DNA of 62,000 bases, from the NCBI GenBank assembly GCA_013265495.1, contig MU058824.1, positions 4,615,111-4,677,110 of the forward strand, written 5' to 3'. The notes beneath the pieces are model-generated. The model was given only the letters and a program-made list of their open reading frames with translations. It searched no databases and was not told the origin of the DNA. Within the stretch, counting starts at the first letter, position 1, and every line of letters begins with the position of its first letter. The position numbers and the translations under genes were made by a program. This document shows, in pieces, positions 38,073 to 53,149 of this stretch. The stretch comes from Vicugna vicugna (taxonomy: Eukaryota).

Positions 38073-38579
<507 letters not shown>

Positions 38580-39187
38580 TTAGCGAGGGAGAGAGGCCCT
38601 AACTTATAAATCACCCAGCAGATGTTCCCCATCTCTCCTCCTTGGAGACTATGTCATAAGTACCCTTGGGGCCGTGGGGACCATCTGGCAGAAGTCAACA
38701 GCCTGACTCCAGACCCCAGAGGAAGGGAGCTAGCCCTTAAGCCCCTCCTTTTCCTAGAGCTCTGTCTGCTGCTCTCCACCCAGCCCTCCTCACTCCCCGA
38801 CTCTGCCCTGCCTCTCCCTAGGCTCAAAGGCACTGACTGCTCAGAATTTCTCTCAGAGAGAACTTTTACCTGTCATTCCCAATCAAATCTGCTGCACCCT
38901 AAGCCCATTTATGGAGTCCTCACTATTTTTACACCACCAAGGTGTCTTGGCAGCCCAGTCTGAGAAGAGTCTCTGCTCACAGACAGACATACATTTTGAG
39001 TGACCATCAACCACATTCACTACTGCAGAGCACTCACACTGCTCCCCAAATCCAACTTTCCCCAATCCCACACTCTCCCCTACACAAGCTTCACCCCTCG
39101 TGCTACCTTATTTCTTGTTTACATCTGCCTGTGACATCCACTGCCCCCTAATGTAGTGCCTTAGCCCTCTCAGAGAAGCTCTGTCTA

Positions 39188-40060
<873 letters not shown>

Positions 40061-40429
40061 CTAGCCTGGAGCCTGAGGAAGGCCAGGAAGAGAAGTCAGG
40101 ATAAGCGAGGTCAGCCGGGATACAGAAAGTGGCAGTGACTGGAGAGGAGGAGGGGGTGGGAGGAAGACCCAAGGGGTGGGTAAGGAGTGGGTCTACCAGC
40201 CTATGGCAAGGACTGAGGACTGAGAGTAGGGTAGCAGGAGGAGGGAGGGACCAAGGGGGCCTGCAGCTGGGATGGGGACAGTGAGAGGTGAAGTCAGCTG
40301 ATGAATCTATAGCTCAGCAGGAAAAGGGAATCCGAGACTGGGATGAGGTGGAGGTGGGGGGGAGGCTGGTACAAAGAGAAGGCCTGGGGGTACCTCACAG
40401 CTGAAGGGGCTAGGAGGGCAGAGGGCTGC

Positions 40430-41920
40430 GAAAAGGAGGGCCCAGGGGATGAGGAGGGAGGGGGCGGGCGCCGCGGAAGGACTGGATGGGGGGGCGGGGA
40501 GCGAAGCAAGGCCTGGGCCGGAGGGGTGGGAAAGGCAGGGGTAAAGCTCCCTGTGAAGGCTTCTCCCGAAGCTCCTGCTTGGACTAACGGGCCCAGGGCG
40601 CTGGTCCCATCCGGAGCTGTGGCGGCCCCGCCCGTGTCCCAGCTCCTCTCTGCTCCGCTTCTCCTGGGCCCGGGCGGCCGGCGCTGCCCGGCGCTTCCTC
40701 CCGCCCCCTGCCTGGGCCCCCGGGCGCGCCGCTCGTCCAGGTCAGGTCGCCGCGGCCGGGCCGTCTCTCCGCTCGCTGCGCCGGCGGCGGCCGAGAGTGA
40801 CTCCCCGGGCAGGCCGCCCGCCCCCACCCCCNNNNNNNNNNNNNNNNNNNNNNNNNNNNNNNNNNNNNNNNNNNNNNNNNNNNNNNNNNNNNNNNNNNNN
40901 NNNNNNNNNNNNNNNNNNNNNNNNNNNNNNNNNNNNNNNNNNNNNNNNNNNNNNNNNNNNNNNNNNNNNNNNNNNNNNNNNNNNNNNNNNNNNNNNNNNN
41001 NNNNNNNNNNNNNNNNNNNNNNNNNNNNNNNNNNNNNNNNNNNNNNNNNNNNNNNNNNNNNNNNNNNNNNNNNNNNNNNNNNNNNNNNNNNNNNNNNNNN
41101 NNNNNNNNNNNNNNNNNNNNNNNNNNNNNNNNNNNNNNNNNNNNNNNNNNNNNNNNNNNNNNNNNNNNNNNNNNNNNNNNNNNNNNNNNNNNNNNNNNNN
41201 NNNNNNNNNNNNNNNNNNNNNNNNNNNNNNNNNNNNNNNNNNNNNNNNNNNNNNNNNNNNNNNNNNNNNNNNNNNNNNNNNNNNNNNNNNNNNNNNNNNN
41301 NNNNNNNNNNNNNNNNNNNNNNNNNNNNNNNNNNNNNNNNNNNNNNNNNNNNNNNNNNNNNNNNNNNNNNNNNNNNNNNNNNNNNNNNNNNNNNNNNNNN
41401 NNNNNNNNNNNNNNNNNNNNNNNNNNNNNNNNNNNNNNNNNNNNNNNNNNNNNNNNNNNNNNNNNNNNNNNNNNNNNNNNNNNNNNNNNNNNNNNNNNNN
41501 NNNNNNNNNNNNNNNNNNNNNNNNNNNNNNNNNNNNNNNNNNNNNNNNNNNNNNNNNNNNNNNNNNNNNNNNNNNNNNNNNNNNNNNNNNNNNNNNNNNN
41601 NNNNNNNNNNNNNNNNNNNNNNNNNNNNNNNNNNNNNNNNNNNNNNNNNNNNNNNNNNNNNNNNNNNNNNNNNNNNNNNNNNNNNNNNNNNNNNNNNNNN
41701 NNNNNNNNNNNNNNNNNNNNNNNNTCCGGCGCCTGCTGGCTCCCCCCACCCCCACTCCCACCCGGCGCCCGGCGACCTCCCAGGTCTCAAACCCACCCGG
41801 TGACAACTCGGGACTCCGCGCAAGGGCCTCTCAGACCGGCGAGGTTCCGGGAGTCCCCACTCTTTAGGGCCTACCCCAGGCTCCCCCAAGCTCCTGGGCC
41901 ACCGTCCATCTCGCACCCTC
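40430..41920 (-). promoter_or_regulatory. NPR2 CpG island / promoter and 5' UTR (interrupted by assembly gap)
   Basis: Very GC/CpG-rich on both sides of the N run; GC boxes (ggggcggg, cccgccc). Confidence 0.75.
40832..41724. other. Assembly gap (893 N)
   Basis: Continuous run of n. Confidence 1.
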
Positions 41921-44900
41921 CGACGAACCCATGGCCTCTCTTCCCACCCCTCGCTTTCTCAACTCCTCTGAGTCCCTCAGACACTCTGGTCTCTAGGAAG
42001 CAGTCAGGAATCCCCATATATTTGGTATCCTCACTGGTTCTCCACCAGGTAAAGCATACCACCCTTTTCATTGCCGGAAAACCCTCCCTCCTTCACCAGT
42101 AAGATCTGCCTGCTCCCTGGAAGACAGCCCCCTCCAGGACCAAGGGGCTCCCGTGGCCGATTTTCCCTGAGTCCTTAAAAAGTCCAAGATCTCCTTCCTT
42201 AGGGCTCAACCCTCCAATCTCCCTCTTCCTATCCCCATTCCCCCTTTGCCCTCCTACGCCCCCAGGGGCCACCATAGCCTACTGGGCTTCCACTGCACCA
42301 TCTGCTCCAGGGCGGGGGCCCAGTAACTGCCTCTGCCCTCTTTTGTCTCCTGGCACATCCGGGTCTGTCACCTGATAAAAGCTCAGGACTGACTAAGCAG
42401 AACATTCCCCAGCAGTGGAAGCCCACTGTGTTCCTCTTGGGTTCCACCCCACTCCCAAGCTTCCAACCTAGAAGGCTGACCCCAGACACCCCATTATCTG
42501 GAGTGCTGATTTGATCCTGAGGAACAGCTTGTGAGGGATGATATCATGGTTGCCGGGAGGGATTGGATAGGACCTTGGGGAGTTTTCCGCAAATTGTCAT
42601 AAAGGAGATGCACATAAACCCATACTCCTCCCCCTGCCGAGAGCCACAGTGTGTCTCCCCCTTCAAGCCACTTCTCCAGAAATCACAGTGCAGAGAAGCT
42701 GAGAGCTCCTTGAGTAGAGGGAGGCGATGGGTGTGCAGGGAGAGGAGGGGCTTAGTTTCTCTGAGATGAAGGCGACACCTAGTGGTTTGGGGGGAAATTA
42801 AGGACAATGCCATTTTATTCTTAGGTACGTACGTCTTTATTGAGCACTGGCTGTCTTGCACGAGCTATGGAGGTGAATACAAAAAGCTGAATGATATAGA
42901 CTTACCTTTGAGGAACATACAGTTGAAATCCCTGGGGCCAAATGCAAGCCCCCAACAAAATCTCTTGCCCCCAGCCCAGTAGAAATGGAAACTTGAAGAC
43001 GGCTGTCTTTAATACAAACAGATGTAACTCCAGTTCCAGCTCCTGACACTGTTAATGTAAAGAAATTTCATTCTATCTGAGCAAGGAAAGGAAGGACAGA
43101 GCAGTCAAAAGGGTGATGGGACAATCTGAAAAAGACATGGCTCTAACTTCAGACCCAGTCAACCAAATAATACTTTTCAAGCAATTACAGTTTAATGAAA
43201 GAAGCAAATCCAAAGGATATGATCTCTGCCAGAATCCCAGAATCTTATATTATTCACTCCTCTTTTCTAAAGATAATTGAAAACTGAGTCCCAGAAAGGG
43301 AAGTCTCATAGCTTCCTCTCCCATCCCTCTCCCCCAACCCTATATGGCTTTTTAATAGCAGCTCAGAGAGTAGAATCCAGGTTTCCTGGTCTCTAAGGTG
43401 GGGCTATGTGCAGATACTCTGCTAACTTATCTAACTCACCGTGTGAAGCCATGCTTAGAGGGTAATGGCCATCAAAGACCCAAATGATTCTCTCTGGAAA
43501 ACCTGCAGACCCAGATGAGGATCAACACCACTGTTGCCCAGACTCCTAGATAAGTTCAAATGCATGATACGTCATTTCAAGCATCTTGCCCCTTCCCCCT
43601 TCCTTCCAACTGGCCACTAACATTAGGAAGTGGGAAAGGGAAATGAAGGATTAAAGTTAATCACTTAATGCTGTCTCTTCTTAACATCTGATGAAAGGTT
43701 TTTATTTTGTTTTTTCATTTTGGGGGAGGCTGAAAATATTAGATAAATGAGAACTTTGATAATCTACATATTTCAATTATCTAATTATGTTCTCACTGAT
43801 AAGGACAATAAGATTTGACTGTATTTGGTGACCCTACTGCAACTCATACAAAGCCTGGGAAACCTAAATTTTCTGCTGGCCTGAGCAGCACCCAGCTAGG
43901 ATCCAGCTTTCTCTCTGTAGAGTCACTAATGCCTCCAACTACTTTGTGGACACCGTCTATAATTTCTTCTGGGACAGAGCCAGCCCTAACACCTCACATC
44001 TGATCCAGAACTAAATCGTGGAGCATCAAATTAGCTAGCTGATAGAAACTACTGTAATTTCCAAGCTGCCCTGTTCCTTAGTGCAAAAAATCCTGACCTC
44101 AGTCATGCGCAGGCCAAAGGAGCCTCAAGACCCTTGCTGAGTTCTGAGGTCACCGTGGGGTTCGGGCTCATGCCAATCTCCATGTCAAGCCTTGATGCCC
44201 CAAGCAGACTTCTAGTTCAATCCTGAACTTGTAACTCACCTGATTTCACAGCTAATTCTGGACCCTCAGGTTTGCTCTACACCAGACCATGCCTCCTGGC
44301 CTCTAAGATTCCAGAGAAATGAAACACTTTCCAGTTTTCTCTCTGCTTGACCAAATGTTTTGCAGAAAAAAAGGCTTTCATTTATGCGTGATTGTCTCCT
44401 ATGCACAAGACAGACAGGTCCAAGAGAACTTGCCAACAAAGGGCAGAGAGCAGCCACAGAAACTAAGACTAAAAAGTCAAAAGGGGATACATTTCAAATG
44501 CAGCATTTCAAAAAGGGAGAGAAGGAGGCAGTATAAAAAGAGAAACATAGTGAAATGTATTAAAGGCAGAGAAAGACTTTACTAAAATTCCACATTATTT
44601 CTTTTAGCCCCAGTGAGGGAAAGACAGAAAATTCTCAAAACAGGTCAAACCCCCATTATTGTTCATGTGGCCCACTCTCCATCTCCCCATTTCCCTCACC
44701 CTCCATAGCTGTGCACAGTACGGTTCTAGACCTTGGGTCCAGTCCACTTCTCATAATATTCAACATCCTCAAAGAGCTACTATTGTTTAAAGGGTCAAGG
44801 TTTTTACCTTAAATTCACGCATCACTTTCATTTATAAGTTAAGATGTTTTAAATTTTAAAATGTTTTCAAATCAGATCCCAGCTTCTAACTTACCCATCT

Positions 44901-47900
44901 AGATATGTATTCTAAGAGTCGAACTGATACATACTGTGAGAGTCATAAATATCAGTTTTCATGGAAAGTGCTTCATGGAAAACCAGTGATTCCTAAGAAG
45001 GAATTTAAGGACTGTCAAGAGAAGCAACCATGTATATTCATCTTCATAATGATTCAAGCTCCAGGTGAACCCATTTTTCACCCATTTGCTCTGTTCAAGC
45101 CTGGACTGGCACCTCTGTTAGTATCCAGAAAAGTCCCAGTGGTTTCCACTGCTTTTCCACGCTTGGCCTCTTTTCTCAGGTTGGTATACTGCTTCCCTAT
45201 GTTCCTAGTCCCACCCTTCACCATTACTACCATTCCCAGTAATAACTTACCACCCTTTGGGAGCATCTGATACCATGAAGTCTCAGATATAATATTCTTG
45301 GTTATATTTCCTTCTCCACTCTATTTAAAATTCTACTCACTTCACAAAATCTCACTGAAAAAAAAGTGGCATGTGTTCCCTCACTTTTTAGGTCCTGCTC
45401 AATTTACAAATATCTCACATTAAAAGAAGCAAAGGAAAATGATCTAGATCTAAACAGTTTCTAGAGAATGGAAATGTATTAATCCCCATTTTAATCTTCT
45501 GCTTTACTTAGAATTTTCTAGAGAAGTCAAAGACTGGAAGAGGAGGAGAAATCTGAAGCAAAATTTGACAGAACTGTACTCTCTTTGCATGGCTGCAATA
45601 TGTCATGGAAAACAATACGAGTAGCTACAGTGGCAATGTAGGATTGGTTGGCAGACAGACTGAAAGCAGGAGATAGGTTAAGAGGCTCCTGGAAAAATCT
45701 AAGTACGAAATGTTGAGTGGCTGGTCTAAGACGGTGGCATAGTAACTGAGAGAGAGAAACAAATATGAGATAATTTGAAGGAAGAAACAACAGGATTTGG
45801 TGGTAGACTGGATCTACAGGTGAGGAGGAAAGACTCAAAAATTCCCTAAGGCAGGGGTCACAGAGGCAAAGGCCCTCCAGGGCCATCCAGGAAATGCAAA
45901 CTGAGAGGCAGCTGGATGGGGATTTGCAATCCATGAAGCCCCTGCTCCATCTAAAGGGGATACTGACGCTCTGGGATGGAGCCGAGAATTGCTAGTTCTT
46001 ACAAATTTTCCTTTGGACTGTTTCAACAGCCTCTGTAACAAGTCTCTGGGCCTCGAATCTCACCTGCCTCAAATCCATCCTCCACGACGATATGTTTAGG
46101 TGCTAGAGTGATCTTTTGAAACAAAAACTTAACTGTGTCACTTCCCTGCTTGAACCTCTTAAATGGTACCCCATGGATGCTGTGTTTTTCAAATTGTTAT
46201 TTTTAGCAGCAAAACGCTCCCTTCAAACAAAAGTTTAAAGTAGAACAGAAAAGAAGCCCAGCTGTTTCAGATGAAGTAGCGGAGGTGAGCCCACAAACCC
46301 ACGTCCCCTGCCCTTCGTACCTCTCAGATAGAGCTCCTGAGCCTTGAACCTCTGGGCAGCAGCCCTCGGACAGGGGGATTTTCCAAGGGCCATGTATGTA
46401 CAGATGATTTCAGGGGAATCCATTTCTAGACCCTCATCTTCCACATGTACTCTTTCCTAAAACTGATCTGCCCGAGAATGCACTTGTGCTCACACAGTCC
46501 TTCCCCTACTTTATAAAAGAAAGTCATGTCCCTTGCCCCTGCCAAACCTTACTATGACGAATTGTTCTAGAGTGTAAAACTGGGGCCCCTAACAAAGGGA
46601 TCTATAAATGAAGATATTGGTCTAGGGAAATGTTGAAAGATTAATCAAGGTGCCTTAAACTAATGGGACTTCCTGCCTTTCTCACCGTATACATACTTCT
46701 GTTAAGGGTAAACCTGGCATTGGAAATGGAGTGGTTAGTAGCTATGCTGGGATTCTCTACATTGGTACAGCCAAAGGGAAATACATTTGTGATATATTTC
46801 CTTTTAAAAGTAACTGGAGTATACATTTAAGTTGAATTTCACTGTATATAAATTATACCTCAATAACATGACTTCAAACAAACAAACAAAATCTAACTGG
46901 AAAGTTTTATAGGCCACCAAAATATGGAGATACACTGAATAAAACCCATGGATAAAAAATTAAGTAACTAATTTTGGTTTTGGTGTGCTTTTATTCAATA
47001 AGACAGTTTAAAGTCTACTTTATCAAGTCATCATGAATTTTTTTAACATTACAGTCAATCCTTAGCTTATTTCAACTTATAAAATGATTAATATTTTCTA
47101 TCTCTTATTAACAATATATAAATATAAGTGTGGATAATAAATGTTAGATTTCAACGTAAAACTGTGGTGGGGTAGGTATTATTATTTCAGGGCACCCATG
47201 AGTAAAATGTTTGAGCTCTGTGGCTCGAAACAGCACTTTGAAAACCAATGGCTACATAGTGACTTTCGATGCTATCAGACCTAAGCCTCCTTTCTTCCAA
47301 TAAATATTTTAAGTAACAGCACCTTTACTAACCTAAAATGAAACTCATAGATAATATAAGATATCTATACCTGTAATTTCAAAACATCAATAAAATGTCC
47401 TAACTCTAGTAGAAAAGAGAAATAAAGAACAATAACTTACAATAAAATAATAGGTATTTCAATACATAAATGATTGTACAAGACTATGACAGAAGACTTA
47501 TGGAAGTGCTCAGATGTTTGCACCAAATTATAAGGAATGAGTAAATTAGGATTTAAGAGAAGCCATTCCATTAAAAAAATACAAAATTAAATACCGTGTT
47601 AGGATAGGTAACAACAGATGAGATTTCCTTATGTATGGACACTCTATACTAATGTTTGGTGGAACATTTGAAAATCATGCAGAACTCAGGGTATTTGACA
47701 TCTAAAATGTACTGCCAGTGTTGAAGTACCTTGATTAACAAGATAACATTCCTTCTTTCATAAAATACATGACCTAGTGGAATAGACAGAAAAGTAAATA
47801 CTTACTTTAAAACAAGGTAGTTGTTATCACAAACCACTGTTGGCTGTGGATGTTTGGCAGATGTGAAAATGCTGGATCTCTTATGGGGCACTTGTGCGTG

Positions 47901-49089
47901 TTCTGTAGAAAGTCTCATGGGTCCTCCCTGCTGAGTTGTGACTTAATGTAGACAATCTTACTCCAGGTCATTTCCTTTAACCCTCCTAACTCCAGCCGGC
48001 AGCCTCTGGCATAGGCTACCAGCAAGATGGCTCAAGCTCAGCTGTCTTCCTCAGTGTCCCTGTGACCACAAGAAACTCGTATATCCTTACTCAGCCAAAC
48101 AGAAAGAATACAGGCTATTCCACCACTAACCCACTCTCTGTCCTTCCACTTCCAATTGCCTTTCCTCTTCTCAGATAAATGCAGAGCTAAACAAGTCCAC
48201 TGTCCAAATAGACAGTCTAAGTAGGGAAGGAGAAAGTGGTCTCTCTTTCATGTAGACTCTCTTTGATATCTTCTTGCTTGGTTTGGGAGACAAAAGGAGG
48301 GGAAAAAATACTCCCTACTAAGCTCATGACTCCCTCCTTGAGTCATTTTATACCTGACATTGACTGAGAATGAGGTAGGGTGATGAGGGACAGGTGGTTA
48401 GTGGTGTGAGGTACCAGGGCCATCTACTACTTCCTTGCAAGCCTTCGAAAGGGTGAATGTCCCCAACCATTAGCAACTCTCTCCAGAATGTGTGGTACTT
48501 ACTTTCTCTGTCCTCATTTTTGGATCCAAGTCACCAAATCCAGGACAATAGGAAAACTTCAACTCTGTATCTTCTACAACATGCTGAAGTGAAGGAAAGG
48601 TTGTATGAAACAAGGGGCTCAACTGATTCCTAAATGAAGAGGCTAAGTCATCTTCTGAATGAGGGAAAGAATCAGGGGTTGAAGGTTCAGGCAGAATAAA
48701 GAAAGAAGACAGAAACAGACTGGGGATAGAACACAGGATGAACACTTTCTCTCCCCACCTCCTGCCCCCACAAAAGGCACACACACATACACTACATACA
48801 AAATTTTGCATATAAATCAGAGACACATGGACCCAGGATCTCCTGAGACCCTCGAAGGGGGCAGGACCCAAGATCAATAAGTCATAGGCTAATAGAAAGC
48901 AAGCAGGAAGGTAAGAGTCCATTATTGTATATGTAGGAGGAAGGAGGAGTATTCATGCAGATGAAGCAAATTCTAGAAGATCAGACATGCATATACCCAG
49001 AAACATTTCATGCCAGATGAAATGTTTAATCCAAACTATTCTAATTGTTTAACACTATTTAACCTATTTTTCAGTGTCTTGCCATGATA

Positions 49090-49264
49090 TCCACTTTTAT
49101 GTGGATTTTTTTTTCAGTTAAATAGGTACAATAGTACTACACAGTTGGTCGCATCTCCAGAAGAGAACCACATATGGAGGGTCAATTGTAAAGTTATACA
49201 CAAATTTTGAACTGTTTGGAGGTTCGGCGCCCCTAACCCCCACATTGTTCAAGGGTCGACTGTA
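49090..49264. mobile_element. Tigger2a-like MITE (5'-truncated)
   Basis: gtaaagttatacacaaattttgaactg...ggttcggcgcccctaacccccacattgttcaagggtcgactg-ta; related to the copy at 35951. Confidence 0.7.
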
Positions 49265-50489
49265 CATACACACATATTTGGATGAAAATAAGTCTCTAAA
49301 AACAACAGGTGTGCTATAAATGACTACAAAGACTCCATGTGAGTAGATGAGACAGTCGTTGTCCTCAAACACCTGCTAGGTCCCCGAGAGAGAAAATTGG
49401 AGCAGTAATGTGACGCTAGCCTCTCCCACCAAATGGCAGCTGAGAACACCTCCCATCAGCTACTGAGAATAACTAAACTGTCTAACAAAAAGAGCAGAGA
49501 AGGTTGCCCACCATCTGTGCAAAGGTTTTCAAATGTTTCATCTCCTCACTAAAAATTCCGAGGGGAGCCGGTCAGTGATACATGACCAAAAGAGAGCTGA
49601 GAAACTGTTAAATTGGGTTAAATGTAAACAATATTTATGAGAGGCTTTTAAAGGACACAAAAATAAAAGTCAGAACATAGTTCCCTGCCTCACCCACCCT
49701 TAAGAAGTAGACTAACTATAAAGAGACAAAAGCCAGCTTACGCAGCAGAGCGATCACGTGCTCCCTCCCCTCCCACTGGCCCTACCCACCGGTCAGTCCG
49801 CGACCTTGTTCTTATCAGATCCGCTCCTCTTCCTCTCCAGTGAGGCTGACACTCACAGACCGCGCCCTGGGCCCCCTGAGTCCCTGCTGAATTCAGTCAA
49901 CGAGAGGCATCGACGAAGAATGGAAGTCAGAGGGACGCCAGAGCCAGAGGATTTCCTCCTTGTGTCCCTCCGCCTAGGCCAGCATCTCCGATAGAAATCG
50001 CGTGTCCCCTGTGACTGCAGCTGCCCTCGGGCTGGCGCTCCAAAGTTCCAGCTTCTAACTTACCTTTGTTCCTTCAGCTGTTGCTGATCTCTGGATTGCC
50101 TCGCCTTCCCTTGAGTGGCTTCCCAGCTCTTCCTTCACTTTTATACCTAATTCTCTGGATGAAATTCCCTCTAATTTAAATACTTAGAGTGATTTCTGTT
50201 TTCCTGGCCGGTGGAATTGACCGCTACTGAGAACGAAGACCCTGATTCCAAAATTTCTAATTCAGAGTTCACTGCTATTGGTGTGAATACAGACTGAGTT
50301 ATACGGAAGAATGAAGAGACAGGATTGGTTTTCCTCTTTCCCCAAAAGAACACAGGAGAGGAGAGAAAAAGAGTTTGGGGGAAAGAGAGAGAAAGGAGCA
50401 TTATGGACTTCCTACTTCCCCATCCTCAGGATAACTTGGGGAAGAGCCGCTGATAAGGGCAAGGACATGTACTGCTAGCAGAAGCACAA

Positions 50490-51000
50490 TCTGTTACAGC
50501 TTTAGAGAGCAACCTGGCAATTTCCACCAAAGCCTTTAAAATGTTTTTACCATTAACCCATCAATTCCACTTCAAGAATTTAGATAAAGAAAACAATCAT
50601 AGATTTCGCTTCAGAGATACTTAACACAGCACTGTTTATAATATTGAAAAATTAGGAAAGATCTAAGTTTCTAGTAATAGGACATTGTATAATTAAATTA
50701 GGTTACACTCATATATTAAAATCCAAGCAGCCCACTAAACATTGTTTCAAGAGATGTACGGTATCAAAGATTGTTCACCATACATCATTAAATGAAAACA
50801 AAATTGAAAAATGTATGGAATAAGTCCAGTTTTATTAAACACACATACACACACACACACACACATAGTAGAAATCTGGAATGGTAGAAATCAAAATATT
50901 GAGGATGGCTATCTTTTGGGGCTAAGATGAGTTATAATTTTATGTATAAATGTATTTTTAATGATTATGTACTATTTTATAGTAAGAAAAAAACTACATA
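50490..51000 (+). mobile_element. Old L1M 3' fragment containing a (CA)n tract
   Basis: gagagcaacctggcaatttccaccaaagcc...aattccacttcaagaattt...cagcactgtttataatattgaaaaatt; (CA)n at about 50838-50864. Confidence 0.55.
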
Positions 51001-53149
51001 AGGGTTTTAAAAAAAAAGGCATCACAGGAATGAAAGGATACCAAAAGATGTTTTTTAAATGTCACTGAAATAGGTCTGTGGTTTCCATTTAACAAATATA
51101 CCAGTCAAAACTGATAGAGATTTTATGTATAAATTACTGGTATATTCGTTTATAAAGACAAATTACTTTAAAACAATTTATACCTCTTTTATACAACTCC
51201 ACCACAGTTAGGATTCAGCACAATAAATACTTGTTGAATAGAATTGAATAATCTAGTGTAAAATTTTTATAAATGATGGAGATGAGGAAGTTCCTACTTT
51301 ACAGATGACAGCAAGTCCCTCCCTTATACTTCAAACACACTATTGGCCATCACCTTCTTCTTACCATGGCTTCAACCACAGCTCATTCTCCTAATCATCC
51401 TTCCATCTCAGTGTCTGCTCATTGCTCAGTGTGGTGCAGATCCTCTTCCTCCTCTGAAATGTAGCCTTCCCCTCTCCCACGCTCTGGTCCTCAGCTTTCT
51501 GCATCCTTCTTCCTATACTCATTTCCTCATTGAGTTCATCCACAATCATGGCATCATCTATCACCTCAGTGGAAATAATTTCAGGTGGAACATCACCTTG
51601 TTTCCCTGGGTGTGGACAAGTGTGCTGACATTGCTACATAAATAAGGCATTTTGATATTGCACAACAGTAATGATTAGAATTTTACAGTACAACTCACCA
51701 AGGAAAAGACTGCGTAGAGGATATGAGGAAGAGTTGTTGGCATCAATGGCAGTGAACTCCCTCCCCCTTCACATAAAGTAAACTAAATAAAAACACATAA
51801 ATAGAAAAAGCAAAGCATGCATTTAAAATTCACTGGTTAATGGTATCATACTTTGGGGAAGGAAGAAACTAAGTAAATGAAATAACTAGTCAACAAAAGG
51901 TTTTTTAAAGGCCAGAGATTCTGCATTTGTTAAACTGACTTATATGAACAAAGTATGTATTTTTATTAATCATATCTTTGTGTTTATTTTTCTGGTGGTC
52001 AGTCCTGGTCAGCTATCACATAACTCACACTCAACTTCAAGACAAATCTTCTGACTCCCTCCCCTCCCAATCAGATTTCTGCCCTTAAGCTTCTATATAG
52101 AAATTGCAAACCACCACTGGACTTGCAACTTCATTATTTAGACCCAGGGTATGTTAATCATAGGTCCCAAAATAAGCTAAGGGCTACAAGCCTCCCTCAG
52201 ACCCAATACATGGAACATAGAGTTGACTTTTGGAATAGGAAGATGGCAATTTGGGGCTAATTTCTGACTAATCCTGGCAGGAAAGAAAGCATGTGGTAGA
52301 AACCTCCACAGAATATTACTCAGTAGGAAAAGTCATCAAAAGCCCTAAGACCATGAGTGAGACTAGGCCCAGATACTAGACTAGGATAATAGCTCTAAAA
52401 GCCAAGCGTCCCTGAAAGGTAGAACCAGCCTTAACATCTAGCTAATGAATATGCTTCTGACAAGCAAAACAGAAGAGAAGGAGATGATTGAAGAGAACAG
52501 AACTTCCAAGGCTAAGAGCCATGAACACCTCTAGAGGGGGCAGAGGAAGCATCTATACTTATCTAGGCCTATAAAACTGGGCTGTGCTCTGTGGTGACTG
52601 CTTATTGGGGTGCATAAGGAGGCAGCTTCTGGGGCTTGCCAGCCAAGCAGAAGGGTTATTAGAAGTATGTATATGTGGAAGTCACTCCTCAGAAAGGGGG
52701 AGCTAGCCAAGCTAAATCAGAGGTCAAGAACCAAGGGGAACCAACTGGGCTTCTGAATCAGAGTGGCAAAGACAGGGAAAAAAAGAGATGAGGATATGCT
52801 TCTAGGGAGTGATAAGAATACAACAAAATCTGTGGGATGGTTCATGTCCATAGATGGGAATTCACTCTGATCCTACTGAACCTCGCTAGGTTAAAGGCAG
52901 AGCCTTGAACATAATACATCCATGGGGAACCATTTCCTTCCTCTGAGCCCCTGTTACCTCCTGGAGTCCAGGTTTCTTCAGATTTGAAGGCAGAAGGCTG
53001 CCGTGTTACTAGAGAGATACTCAAGGCAGGCTGGGAGCTCCAGGTGTGCTCCTCTGGTCCTCTGAAGGCCACCCACCCCATCAAACATTATAGGTAACTT
53101 CAGCACCATCAGGAGTCCAGCCAAATGCTCTGGTACATTTCCACAGCAA

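Noticed and set aside
40294..41916. Long ORFs (354-540 aa) in the ORF track
   Set aside because: Artefacts of the N gap and GC-rich flanks.
46440..47960. AT-rich stretch that may be hAT-Charlie transposon remnants
   Set aside because: Too degraded to delimit or name without a repeat-library search.
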